Source: an uncultured Candidatus Saccharibacteria bacterium (lineage in GTDB: Bacteria; Patescibacteriota; Minisyncoccia; Phycocordibacterales; SBAW01). Taken from it: 64,000 bases of DNA. Positions within the stretch are counted from its first letter, which is position 1, and each line of letters begins with the position of its first letter. The notes beneath the pieces are model-generated. The model had not been told where the DNA came from, did no database searches, and saw nothing but the letters and a program-made list of their open reading frames with translations. Below, in pieces: positions 24,614-33,307 of this stretch. The position numbers were made by a program, and so were the translations under genes. The stretch covers positions 283,032-347,031 of the forward strand of contig CAZYUH010000001.1 of NCBI GenBank assembly GCA_964650645.1, read 5' to 3'.

Positions 24614-25405
24614 ATGACTTGGTTCGATGATATCCAGTTCCGCAACGCCGTGCGCGCAGCTGCGTGGCTCCTCGTCGCGCTCCTTGCCGTTTCGCTCGTG
24701 TACCTCCTCAGCTCCATGCGCTACGTGGGCGCCGGCATCGCGCCGGGCAACACGATAAGCGTGTCGGGCTACGGCGAGAGCTACTCGACTCCGGACATCG
24801 CGACGTTCAATTACTCCGTCGCAAGCGAGAAGGCGACCGTCGCCGACGCGCAGGCCGACGCGACCGCGAAGGCGAACGCTATCCTCGACTACCTGAAGTC
24901 GGAAGGCGTCGACGAGAAGGATATACAGACCAGCAATTATTCCATAAACCCGCAGTACGACTACGCGGGCACGGTGTGCGCTAACGGCTACTGCCCTCCG
25001 GGCAGGCAGACCCTGCGCGGCTACGAGGTGCGCCAAACGACGACCATAAAGGTGCGCGATACCGCCAAAGCGGGCGGCCTCTTGGCGGGCATAGGAGGCA
25101 AGGGCGCGACCGAGGTGTCGGGCCTGCAGTTCACCTTCGATGATCCCCAGCAGGGCCAGCTTGAGGCGCGCGCCGAGGCCATAGCCGACGCAAAGGCGAA
25201 GGCGAATGAGCTCGCCAAGCAGCTCGGGGTCTCGATAGTCCGTGTTGTCTCGTTCAACGAATCGTCGGGCGGAGCGCCGGTGCCCATGTACGCGAAAATG
25301 CTCGACTCGGCGGCGGGGAACGCGGTGGCCCAGTCGGCCCCCGAGCTCTCGGTGGGGCAGAACAAGACCAGCTCGAACGTCTCGGTCACTTACGAGATTC
25401 GCTAA
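24614..25405 (+). CDS. SIMPL (DUF541) domain protein
   Basis: TISVSGYGE..PDIA, DIQTSNYSINPQY, AIADAKAKA. Confidence 0.9.
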   Translation: MTWFDDIQFRNAVRAAAWLLVALLAVSLVYLLSSMRYVGAGIAPGNTISVSGYGESYSTPDIATFNYSVASEKATVADAQADATAKANAILDYLKSEGVDEKDIQTSNYSINPQYDYAGTVCANGYCPPGRQTLRGYEVRQTTTIKVRDTAKAGGLLAGIGGKGATEVSGLQFTFDDPQQGQLEARAEAIADAKAKANELAKQLGVSIVRVVSFNESSGGAPVPMYAKMLDSAAGNAVAQSAPELSVGQNKTSSNVSVTYEIR

Positions 25406-25421
25406 CAGGAAAGGGTAGGGA

Positions 25422-25454
25422 GCGAAAACCGCCCTTATGCAGGGCGGTTTTCGC
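25422..25454 (+). terminator. Intrinsic terminator
   Basis: GCGAAAACCGCCCT-tatgc-AGGGCGGTTTTCGC. Confidence 0.75.
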
Positions 25455-25458
25455 GTAT

Positions 25459-25487
25459 TTGACGCGATTCAAAAACGGCGGTACTAT
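25459..25487 (+). promoter_or_regulatory. Sigma70 promoter of secE-nusG-rplK
   Basis: TTGACG-17 nt-TACTAT. Confidence 0.75.
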
Positions 25488-25557
25488 GGGGAAAAGGCCC
25501 CCGGAGGGCTTTTAAAAATGCTCGCGAGAGCGCGCAGGCAGCTAACACTAAGAACGT

Positions 25558-25728
25558 ATGTGGAATTACTTTAGGGATGTCAGGGCCGAAATGAAGCATG
25601 TCAGCTGGCCGAGCCGCCCGCTTATCGTCGCCTACACCATCGTCGTGGTCGGCGTCTCTATAGCGACGGCGCTCTACCTCGGGCTCCTCGACTACGTCTT
25701 CCGCCTCTTTATCGAGCAGCTAATCTAA
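25558..25728 (+). CDS. secE: Preprotein translocase subunit SecE
   Basis: Manual translation MWNYFRDVRAEMKHVSWPSR...LGLLDYVF (56 aa, below the ORF-track cutoff); directly upstream of nusG. Confidence 0.93.
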   Translation: MWNYFRDVRAEMKHVSWPSRPLIVAYTIVVVGVSIATALYLGLLDYVFRLFIEQLI

Positions 25729-25734
25729 CCTCCC

Positions 25735-26286
25735 ATGTCCAAGCAAGATACATCAGTAGGGCGCGCCTGGTACGCCATACATACCTACGCCGGCTACGAG
25801 AACGCGGTGGCGCGCAACCTGCGCCAGCGCATCGAGTCCCTGGGCCTCTCGGAGAAGATATTCCAGGTCATCGTGCCGACCGAGAAGACCATCAAGATAA
25901 AGGGCGGCCGCCGCGTCGAGGAGGAGGAGAAGGTCTACCCGGGCTACGTGCTCGTGGACATGATAGTGGACGACCAGTCGTGGTACGTCGTGCGCAACAC
26001 GCCGCGCGTCACCGGCTTCGTGGGCTCGGGTGTCAACCCGGTGCCGCTTCGCCAGGACGAGGTGGACACGCTCCTGGGCCGCATGCAGGCGACCGAGGGC
26101 TCGGTCAAGCACGCCATAGACCTCAGCGCCGGCGACTCGGTCGTCATCGTGGACGGCCCGTTCAAGGACCTCGACGGCAAGGTGGGCGAGGTGGACGAGG
26201 CCCGCGGCAAGGTGAAGGTCCTGGTGGCGATGTTCGGCCGCGAGACCCCGGTGGAGCTGGACTTTTTGCAAATCAAGCGCATATAA
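25735..26286 (+). CDS. nusG: Transcription factor NusG
   Basis: WYAIHTYAGYE, YPGYVLV, VRNTPRVTGFVG, MFGRETPVEL. Confidence 0.98.
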   Translation: MSKQDTSVGRAWYAIHTYAGYENAVARNLRQRIESLGLSEKIFQVIVPTEKTIKIKGGRRVEEEEKVYPGYVLVDMIVDDQSWYVVRNTPRVTGFVGSGVNPVPLRQDEVDTLLGRMQATEGSVKHAIDLSAGDSVVIVDGPFKDLDGKVGEVDEARGKVKVLVAMFGRETPVELDFLQIKRI

Positions 26287-26308
26287 GGTATTGTCTTAAC
26301 TCACAGAT

Positions 26309-26731
26309 ATGGCCAAGAAAATAGTTAAAAAGATAAAGATTATCGCGCAGGGGGGCGCCGCCGCCATGACTCCGGCCATGGGCCAGGTGCTGGGTCCGGC
26401 CGGCATCAACATCGGCGAGTTCATCAAGCGCTTCAATGACGCGTCCAAAGAGATGCGCGGCGACTTGGTGCCGGCCGTCATCTCAGTCTATGAGGACCGC
26501 AGCTACGACTTCGTGCTGAAGACCCCTCCGGTCTCCTCGCTCATACTCAAGGCGCTCGGCAAGGAGAAGGGGAGCGGCAAGCCCAACACCCAGAAAATCG
26601 GCGCCCTTTCCAAGGCTCAGGTGCAGGAAATAGCCGAGAGGAAGATGCCCGACCTCAGCGCCCATGACATGGACCAGGCGGTGAAGACCGTCGCCGGGTC
26701 CGCCAGGTCTATGGGGGTTGAAGTGAAGTAG
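26309..26731 (+). CDS. rplK: 50S ribosomal protein L11
   Basis: LGPAGINIGEF, VYEDRSYDFVLKTPP, GSARSMG. Confidence 0.97.
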   Translation: MAKKIVKKIKIIAQGGAAAMTPAMGQVLGPAGINIGEFIKRFNDASKEMRGDLVPAVISVYEDRSYDFVLKTPPVSSLILKALGKEKGSGKPNTQKIGALSKAQVQEIAERKMPDLSAHDMDQAVKTVAGSARSMGVEVK

Positions 26732-26765
26732 AGGTTTCGCTGAGGCAAGGCAGGTTTGGAAAATT

Positions 26766-26803
26766 AAAAAGCGCCCGCGAGTTTCCGCTCGCGGGCGCTT
26801 TTT
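26766..26803 (+). terminator. Strong intrinsic terminator right after rplK
   Basis: AAAAAGCGCCCGCGAG-tttccg-CTCGCGGGCGCTTTTT. Confidence 0.85.
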
Positions 26804-26885
26804 TGCCGCTTTTACTCGCCAACTTCCTTTTTGTTCGTATGTGTGGCATTATGTTTTCGGATACCGCACACCACAGGAGATTGTA

Positions 26886-27557
26886 ATGCAAAGAGGCAAA
26901 TTGCTCGCTTTCGAAGGACCCGGCGTCTCTGATAAGGATGGCCGAATCGAGCGCATACGGGAGAAATCCCCCGTCAAGTGCTTCCTTGTCCGGGATCCGT
27001 GGGGCGACAGCTTCGCTGAACTCGTTCAAGAGCTTCCTGCGTGGATGCGCGCGAACCCGTCGCGCGAGCCGGCCTGGGATTCCTTCCCCTTTTTCAAGGC
27101 CCGCGCGGAGTACGTGAAGAGCGTCATCGAGCCCAGGCTTGAAGAGGGTGTTAGCGTGTTCGCGAGCCCCTATGCGGCGTCAGCGTACGCTTCCCTGATA
27201 GCGGGGGACGGGCGGAGGGAGCTTGGATCGGCATTCGTTTCGATATGCGCTTCGCTTCCGCGCGCGCTGAAGCCCGATGCGTACATTGTCTTGAATATGC
27301 CGCCCGGGACCATGCATTCCCGCATGAAGCTGTGCGCTGAAGACGCGCTTGCGAGAGGGGAGGAGCTCGAGGTCAGGCCGCACAAGTACTACGAGGGCGT
27401 CAGGGACGGGCTTCTTAGGTTTGGAAGGCATGCCCGCGAGACCGAGAAATCCCAGCTTGTCGTCATCAGCGCTGAAAAGGACCCACTGTACATCGAAGAG
27501 AACCTGCGGCATTGGATAGGGGACGTGCTGGGGGTGGAGCAGGCGGCGACCGCGTAA
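26886..27557 (+). CDS. Thymidylate-kinase-like protein with degenerate catalytic motifs
   Basis: GKLLAFEGPGVSDKD (altered P-loop), RDP, ARAEYV..VIEPRL, PDAYIVL, YYEGVRDG; SD-like AGGAG upstream. Confidence 0.7.
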   Translation: MQRGKLLAFEGPGVSDKDGRIERIREKSPVKCFLVRDPWGDSFAELVQELPAWMRANPSREPAWDSFPFFKARAEYVKSVIEPRLEEGVSVFASPYAASAYASLIAGDGRRELGSAFVSICASLPRALKPDAYIVLNMPPGTMHSRMKLCAEDALARGEELEVRPHKYYEGVRDGLLRFGRHARETEKSQLVVISAEKDPLYIEENLRHWIGDVLGVEQAATA

Positions 27558-27594
27558 AAAAACGGCCCGTCCGGATACTTCCGGACGGGCCTTT
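27557..27594. terminator. Bidirectional terminator
   Basis: GGCCCGTCCGGA-tact-TCCGGACGGGCC with A and T flanks, between convergent genes. Confidence 0.75.
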
Positions 27595-27608
27595 GTTGCC
27601 GCCGTTCC

Positions 27609-28982
27609 TCAGGCGCTTGCCGCCGGACGCTCGACGATGTCCTGCTCGCCCCGCTCGTAATAGAAGCGGTCGCCCTCGGTTTCCATGTAGAGATGGAGGC
27701 CGAGATCGCCGAACTCCTCAAGCATGAGCGCGCCGGTCTGCTGCGCGACGCGACGCATGGTTGCGTGGACGTCCAGCCTGGCGCGCCGCTCGACGAAGTA
27801 CGTCATCGCCGGCAGATCGCCGACTTTCTGGCATGGCACGAGCAAGCCCATGGGGCAATAGTACTGCCGCATGAAATCGTCCGAGAACATGTTTTTTACA
27901 TACCCCATCTGCTGGGCGAGGAACGGGCCTGTCTCGTCCCTGTACCTGTCCGGCAGCTGGCTTAGGTACCATGGCGAGAAGCCGTGGCCCGTCGTAAGGA
28001 GCGGCATGCGCTGAGCGACGGACCTGTGCCGCTGGTCGTCGCGGAACGACCCGAAGTCCAGCGCGTAATTGAACCGCATCGTCCCGCATTCGGCCAGGAA
28101 CTTTGGCAGCTCAGTCTGCTTCGGGCGCTTTGCGAGCAGGTCCCGGTGAGCGGCAAGCATGTCCTTGTCGAACCCCGAGAACGCGCCCGCTACGTCCGGG
28201 GAACCGGATTCCGGAGCGGTGTAGTAATAGGACTCCCTCATCCAGTAGTCGAGATAATCCTCGGTATCCCGGTAGCGCTTCTTTTGGAAGGAGCTCGGAT
28301 ACTTCTCATTCAGCGCGTCCTCGAGCGTCTCGGCGACAATGCGCACTTCCGCGAGCGGATGGTGGCGAAGTCTGTCGAGATGGTCGCTGATGTGCCGCAG
28401 TTCGCCGTGCCATGCGAGATTGGTCGACGCCCCCGCGGGGAGGAAGCCGCGCATGATATCGAAGGAGCGCGCCTTTATGGCCTTCTCGTATATGTCTTCC
28501 TTCTCACCCTCTCGCCGCGGGTGCCGCTGCACGAGCGCGTTCTGGACGACGCCAAGCCCCTGGAGGTAGCGCTGCCGCCATCGCTCGAGGAGCCATTTCG
28601 AGCTTTCCGAGCCCTGGGGATCGATGAAGGGCTGCGTCGCGAAGTCTATGTAGCGGGTCGAGGCCTCCTGCCCGTTATAGAGCATGAAGTCCTGTATCGC
28701 CTTGGCCGCGAGCATCGAAACGCCTTCGATAAAGAGCGTAGTCGAGCCGCAGTCGCCTATGGACTTGTGCCCGTAGCCGACATAGAACCGCGACATGAAC
28801 ATCTCGGGCCCGGATTTCCAGAGCTTCTCGAGATGCGCGCGCAAACCGCCGACCGAGCGCGAATGCAGGGCTTGGAGCATGGCCTCTGCTTCGGCGCCGA
28901 TAACCGCTCCGGTATTGAGCACGAATACTTCGCCGCTGCCGGGAAGGGGTCTTGCTGTGTGAATGAGGTCCTTAACCTGCAT
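27609..28982 (-). CDS. thyX: FAD-dependent thymidylate synthase, two-domain (tandem) form
   Basis: YGHKSI, QEASTRY, R.FLPAG..TN in the N-half; FRDDQRHRS in the C-half; thymidylate gene context. Confidence 0.85.
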   Translation of the reverse strand: MQVKDLIHTARPLPGSGEVFVLNTGAVIGAEAEAMLQALHSRSVGGLRAHLEKLWKSGPEMFMSRFYVGYGHKSIGDCGSTTLFIEGVSMLAAKAIQDFMLYNGQEASTRYIDFATQPFIDPQGSESSKWLLERWRQRYLQGLGVVQNALVQRHPRREGEKEDIYEKAIKARSFDIMRGFLPAGASTNLAWHGELRHISDHLDRLRHHPLAEVRIVAETLEDALNEKYPSSFQKKRYRDTEDYLDYWMRESYYYTAPESGSPDVAGAFSGFDKDMLAAHRDLLAKRPKQTELPKFLAECGTMRFNYALDFGSFRDDQRHRSVAQRMPLLTTGHGFSPWYLSQLPDRYRDETGPFLAQQMGYVKNMFSDDFMRQYYCPMGLLVPCQKVGDLPAMTYFVERRARLDVHATMRRVAQQTGALMLEEFGDLGLHLYMETEGDRFYYERGEQDIVERPAASA

Positions 28983-29111
28983 CGTCCGTCCTTTCTGTAT
29001 GGTGAGCGTCCTCGTGCACGCTACCCTGCGGGGGAGGGCCGGTCAACTTCCTTTTTGCCCCGCACCGTGCCATCATGCCGGACGGGTACAGGCAACAGAT
29101 CGGAGCGAGTC

Positions 29112-29735
29112 ATGCCAAGAGGCAGGTTCATAGCGTTCGAGGGCGGGGAAGGGTCGGGCAAGGACTGCAACATAAGCCGGCTCATGGAGAAATATACCGG
29201 CCGCGACGATATCGTATTTACCCGCGAGCCGGGCGGAACGGAGGCGGGGGAAAGGCTCCGGTCTTTCCTGCTTACTCCCAGGGAGCGTGGGATAGATGTC
29301 GCTCGCGAACTCGTCGTATTCGTTGCCGCGCGCGCCATACTGATTGAAGAGGTGATCATTCCAGCCCTCGATGCGGGAAAGGCGGTGTTCAGCAACCGAT
29401 TCCATCTCTCTACGCTGGCGTATCAGATCCATGCCCGGCAAAGGCTCAACTACCTGCCGCTCCTTGAGGAAATGAGCAGGCTGGTGGTGCAAGACGTCGT
29501 TCCTTACTATATCCTGCTCGACGTAAAGCCGGAGGTCGGCTTGGCGCGGGTGCGGTCTCGCGGCGAGGAACTGACCAGCATCGACGCGGAAGACATCGCG
29601 TTCCATGCGCGCGTCAGGCAGGGATATCTCACGCACGTAAAGGAATTCCAGCATTGCGTCATAGACGCCGGCCAGCCGCCTGAAACGGTGTGGAGCGAAG
29701 TCGAGGCGGAAGTCGACCGGCTTTTCGCCGCATAG
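29112..29735 (+). CDS. tmk: Thymidylate kinase
   Basis: FIAFEGGEGSGK, TREPGGT, STLAYQ, FHARVRQGY. True start is ATG 29112, inside the longer ORF. Confidence 0.93.
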   Translation: MPRGRFIAFEGGEGSGKDCNISRLMEKYTGRDDIVFTREPGGTEAGERLRSFLLTPRERGIDVARELVVFVAARAILIEEVIIPALDAGKAVFSNRFHLSTLAYQIHARQRLNYLPLLEEMSRLVVQDVVPYYILLDVKPEVGLARVRSRGEELTSIDAEDIAFHARVRQGYLTHVKEFQHCVIDAGQPPETVWSEVEAEVDRLFAA

Positions 29736-29857
29736 GCCGGGTATTAAATATGTTGCGCGGTTAAATGCGCGGCCTAGGCGCCCCTCGCGGGGCGCCTTTC
29801 TCTTTGCTATGCTCGGTATGGAACAGGTGGTGCGTTACTCAAAAGAGAGGAACAAGC

Positions 29858-30214
29858 ATGGATATCGGGCTTTCGCCTTCACCTTTCGCTGAAGACAAGC
29901 GGCCCTTGGGAGAGGTGTTCTCCCACAAGGATCCGGCGCCGGAGAGGGAGCTGCCGCCGGCATTCGACAGCGCTTGCAGGAAGTGCGGTACCGGCATGGA
30001 GCGGGTGGATCCCGTGTACTGCACGCGCCGCAAGCCGTACGCGACCTTCCAGTGCGCGAACGGCGCCTGCATGGAGCGCCTGCTCATATTCGACGCGCCG
30101 CGTGCGCCGTTCATCATACGGTCCGTTAACTTCCGCCAATGGACGAATTTCTCGGACCAGATCGATGCGGCAATAGAGCAGCGAGAAATCCAGCACGCTG
30201 CCCGCACCGCCTAG
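29858..30214 (+). CDS. Hypothetical zinc-ribbon protein
   Basis: CRKC...C..QCANGAC; SD-like GAGGA upstream. Confidence 0.65.
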   Translation: MDIGLSPSPFAEDKRPLGEVFSHKDPAPERELPPAFDSACRKCGTGMERVDPVYCTRRKPYATFQCANGACMERLLIFDAPRAPFIIRSVNFRQWTNFSDQIDAAIEQREIQHAARTA

Positions 30215-30324
30215 GCCGGCCTGCGGCAAATGCATTACGGGGCGCCCGCGAGGGCGCCCTTTTTCTTTGCCTGCCGCTTTGGTATGCTCGGCTCGGATAC
30301 GAACCTCATAAAAGGAGTGCAGCG

Positions 30325-31470
30325 ATGGTCATGCCGTCACAAATGATACGCCGGAACGTGTTCGGCGCATCGCCGACGATACTAAGCGGCGCCGAGAATC
30401 CCATTACCGAAGACCAGATACAGCCGGCCTCGCTCGATTTGCGGCTCGGCAGCGCAGTCTACCGGGTGTGGTCGGCCGCCCTGCCAAGGAAGTACCAGCC
30501 CATACTCGACATGGTTTCTCCCAAGGAAAGGCATAAGTACACATTCAGCCTCGATAAGGAAACCACCAATTTCCTTGAGAAGGACAGCACGTACGTCGTC
30601 GAGCTCATGGAGTCGTGCGCGCTGCCCCAGCACGCGTGGATCGAATTCTCTCCGAAAAGCTCCACTGGCAGGTGCGACGTGTTCGCGCGGGTGCTGTGCA
30701 ATAACAACCCGCATTACGATATGACCCCGAAAGGGTACCAAGGGCCGTTGTGGCTCGAGATAACCCCCTTGTCGTTCGATGTCGGCGTGCGGGAAGGCCT
30801 TTCATTGGTGCAGGGCCGCATCAAGACCGAAGATACCCATATGCTCAGCAACAGGGAGCTCTCCGAGCTCCAGGTCGAGCACGGGGTGCTGTGCGGCATG
30901 GACGGCACGCCCCTTTGCCAAGGCGATCTCAGCATCCATGACAGCGAGCTGTATTACCATGTCGACCTCGACAGGCCGGTGGTCGGATTCGTTGCGAAGA
31001 CGAACGCCGGTATGAGCATTGACCTGACGCAGGGAGGCGGCAGCGGCCTCTTGCACGAGCCTAAGGACTTCTGGGTTCCCATCGAGCGGCCCAAGAACAA
31101 CCGTCTCGTGCTCGCGCCGGGGCTGTTCTACCTGCTCGCGACCAAGGAGCGCACGCGCATACCCCCGACGGTGTGCGGCCAGGTAACCTCGTTCAAGATA
31201 ACGACGGGGGAGATCAGGCCGCATTATGCCGGGTTCTTCGACCCGGGCTTCGGCGGGAGGAATGGCACCAACGGGGTGCTGGAAGTGAGGGCGCGGGACG
31301 TTCCGTTCGAGATAGCGGATGGGGCGCCTATCTGCTCGATGAAGTTCGAGCGGATGCTCGAGGTGCCCGATAAGCTCTACGGTACCGGCATAAAGAGCAG
31401 CTACCCGGGTTCCGGGCCATCGCTTTCCAAGCACTTCAATAGCAGATACGAAGCATGGCAGGCCAAATAA
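30325..31470 (+). CDS. dcd: dCTP deaminase, long two-domain form
   Basis: IQPASLDLRLG, PKSSTGRCDVFAR, HYAGFFDPGFG, VLEVR; AAAAGGAG SD. Confidence 0.9.
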   Translation: MVMPSQMIRRNVFGASPTILSGAENPITEDQIQPASLDLRLGSAVYRVWSAALPRKYQPILDMVSPKERHKYTFSLDKETTNFLEKDSTYVVELMESCALPQHAWIEFSPKSSTGRCDVFARVLCNNNPHYDMTPKGYQGPLWLEITPLSFDVGVREGLSLVQGRIKTEDTHMLSNRELSELQVEHGVLCGMDGTPLCQGDLSIHDSELYYHVDLDRPVVGFVAKTNAGMSIDLTQGGGSGLLHEPKDFWVPIERPKNNRLVLAPGLFYLLATKERTRIPPTVCGQVTSFKITTGEIRPHYAGFFDPGFGGRNGTNGVLEVRARDVPFEIADGAPICSMKFERMLEVPDKLYGTGIKSSYPGSGPSLSKHFNSRYEAWQAK

Positions 31471-31597
31471 GCCTTGTGCCAGCGGCCCGCGCACGCGCGG
31501 GCCGTTTTCTTTTTTTATAAACGGGCCGGATGCCGTTTCCGGTTTTACGGCCGCGTTCTTGGTGGAGGCGCCGGGTCAAGTCTGGTACGCTTGCCGT

Positions 31598-32026
31598 ATG
31601 CGCATACCTATAAAGCGGTTCGACGCGGGCCTGGAGCTGCCGCAGTACAAGACGCCGGGCGCGGCGGCGATGGACTGCCCGGTGCGCGAGGGCGGCGTCG
31701 TGCCGCCCAAGGGCCTCCTGTACCTGCCGCTCAACGTCGCGCTCAAGCCGCCGCCCGGGCACTTCGTGCTTATGGCGGCGCGCTCGTCGCTCCATAAGCG
31801 CGGGCTCATGATGGCCAACAACGTTGCCGTGTTCGACGAGGACTATTCGGGCGACAACGACGAATATAAAATCGTGCTCTACAATTTCACCGACAAGCCG
31901 GTGACTATCGAGAAGGGCGAGCGGCTCTCGCAGATCATCTGCATGCCGTACGACAAAATAGAATGGCAGGAGGTCGCGGCGCTGGGCGCCCCGGACCGCG
32001 GCGGTTACGGCACCACGGGCAAATAA
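31598..32026 (+). CDS. dut: Trimeric dUTPase
   Basis: AAAMD, ARSSL, DEDYSG, GERLSQ, RGGYGTTG. Confidence 0.93.
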   Translation: MRIPIKRFDAGLELPQYKTPGAAAMDCPVREGGVVPPKGLLYLPLNVALKPPPGHFVLMAARSSLHKRGLMMANNVAVFDEDYSGDNDEYKIVLYNFTDKPVTIEKGERLSQIICMPYDKIEWQEVAALGAPDRGGYGTTGK

Positions 32027-32031
32027 CAACC

Positions 32032-33291
32032 ATGTACGATTTTATACAACAGCAGGACAAGGAGGCATACGACGCGCTTGCGGGCGAGGAGGCGCGCGAG
32101 GCTGCGGGGCTCGAGCTTATCCCGTCGGAGAATTACGCCTCCAAAGCGGTGCGCGAGGCGCAGGGGAGCATTTTCACCAACAAGTACTCGGAAGGGTATC
32201 CGGGCCGCCGCTACTACGGCGGGCAGGAGTTCGCCGATGCGGTCGAGACGCTCGCACAGGAGCGCGCCAAGAAGCTCTTTGGCGCGAAGTTCGCCAACGT
32301 CCAGCCGCACTCGGGCGCCAACGCCAACATGGCGCTCTACTTTGCTTTGCTTGAGCCGGGCGACACCGTGCTCGGCATGGACTTAAGCCACGGCGGGCAC
32401 CTGACGCATGGCGCGCCGGTGACCGCCGCCGCGAAAGTGTTCAACTTCGTTCGCTACAAGATGAAAGACGCCGAGACCGGCGAGATAGACTACGACGAGC
32501 TGCGCCGCCTCGCGCATGAGCATAACCCCAAGATTATATTGGCGGGCTTCAGCGCGTACTCGCGCGAGCTCGATTACGGGAGGTTCGCCGCCATAGCCAA
32601 GGAGGCCGGCGCGTACGCCGTGGCCGACATCGCGCACATCGCGGGGCTCATCGCGGGCGGGGCGCACAAGAACCCGTTCGAGTACGGGTTCGATGCGATG
32701 ACCTCGACGACGCACAAGACCCTGCGCGGCCCGCGCGGCGGGCTCATTCTCGTACGCGAAAGCGAAGAGATTGCAAAGAAGATAGACAAGGCGGTGTTCC
32801 CGGGCCTGCAGGGCGGGCCGCTCATGCACGCCGTTGCGGCGAAGGCGGTGGCGTTCGGCGAGGCGCTCGCGCCCGGCTTTAAGGACTACGCGGCGCAGAT
32901 TTTAAAGAACGCCAAGGCTATGGAAGAAGTGCTCAAAGCGCGCGGCGTGCGCATGCTCGGCGGCGGCACGTCCAACCATTTGATACTCGCCGACGTAACG
33001 GCATTCAGCATCGGCGGCCGCGAGGCGGAGCGTGTTTTGGATAGCGTCGGCATCACGCTCAACAAGAACATGATTGCGGGCGACGCGCGCAGCCCCGTGG
33101 ACCCCTCCGGCATCCGCTTCGGCACGCCGGCCGTAACCACGCGCGGATTCAAGGAGGCCGAGTGCGCCCGCGTGGCGCATCTCATGCTCGACGCGCTCGA
33201 GAACAGGGAAGACGCGACGAAGCTCGACGCCGTGCGCGCCGAGGTGCGCGCGCTGGCGGAGAAGTTCCCCATACCCGATTCATTCGCCTAA
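32032..33291 (+). CDS. glyA: Serine hydroxymethyltransferase
   Basis: ELIPSENY, NKYSEGYPGRRYYGG, GGHLTHG, TTHKTLRGPRGG. Confidence 0.98.
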   Translation: MYDFIQQQDKEAYDALAGEEAREAAGLELIPSENYASKAVREAQGSIFTNKYSEGYPGRRYYGGQEFADAVETLAQERAKKLFGAKFANVQPHSGANANMALYFALLEPGDTVLGMDLSHGGHLTHGAPVTAAAKVFNFVRYKMKDAETGEIDYDELRRLAHEHNPKIILAGFSAYSRELDYGRFAAIAKEAGAYAVADIAHIAGLIAGGAHKNPFEYGFDAMTSTTHKTLRGPRGGLILVRESEEIAKKIDKAVFPGLQGGPLMHAVAAKAVAFGEALAPGFKDYAAQILKNAKAMEEVLKARGVRMLGGGTSNHLILADVTAFSIGGREAERVLDSVGITLNKNMIAGDARSPVDPSGIRFGTPAVTTRGFKEAECARVAHLMLDALENREDATKLDAVRAEVRALAEKFPIPDSFA

Positions 33292-33307
33292 GGGGTACAA
33301 TGAGGCA

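Noticed and set aside
27984-29111. 583-aa ORF suggesting an N-terminal fusion to Tmk
   Set aside because: The extension is antisense to thyX; tmk starts at ATG 29112 after an SD-like GGAG.
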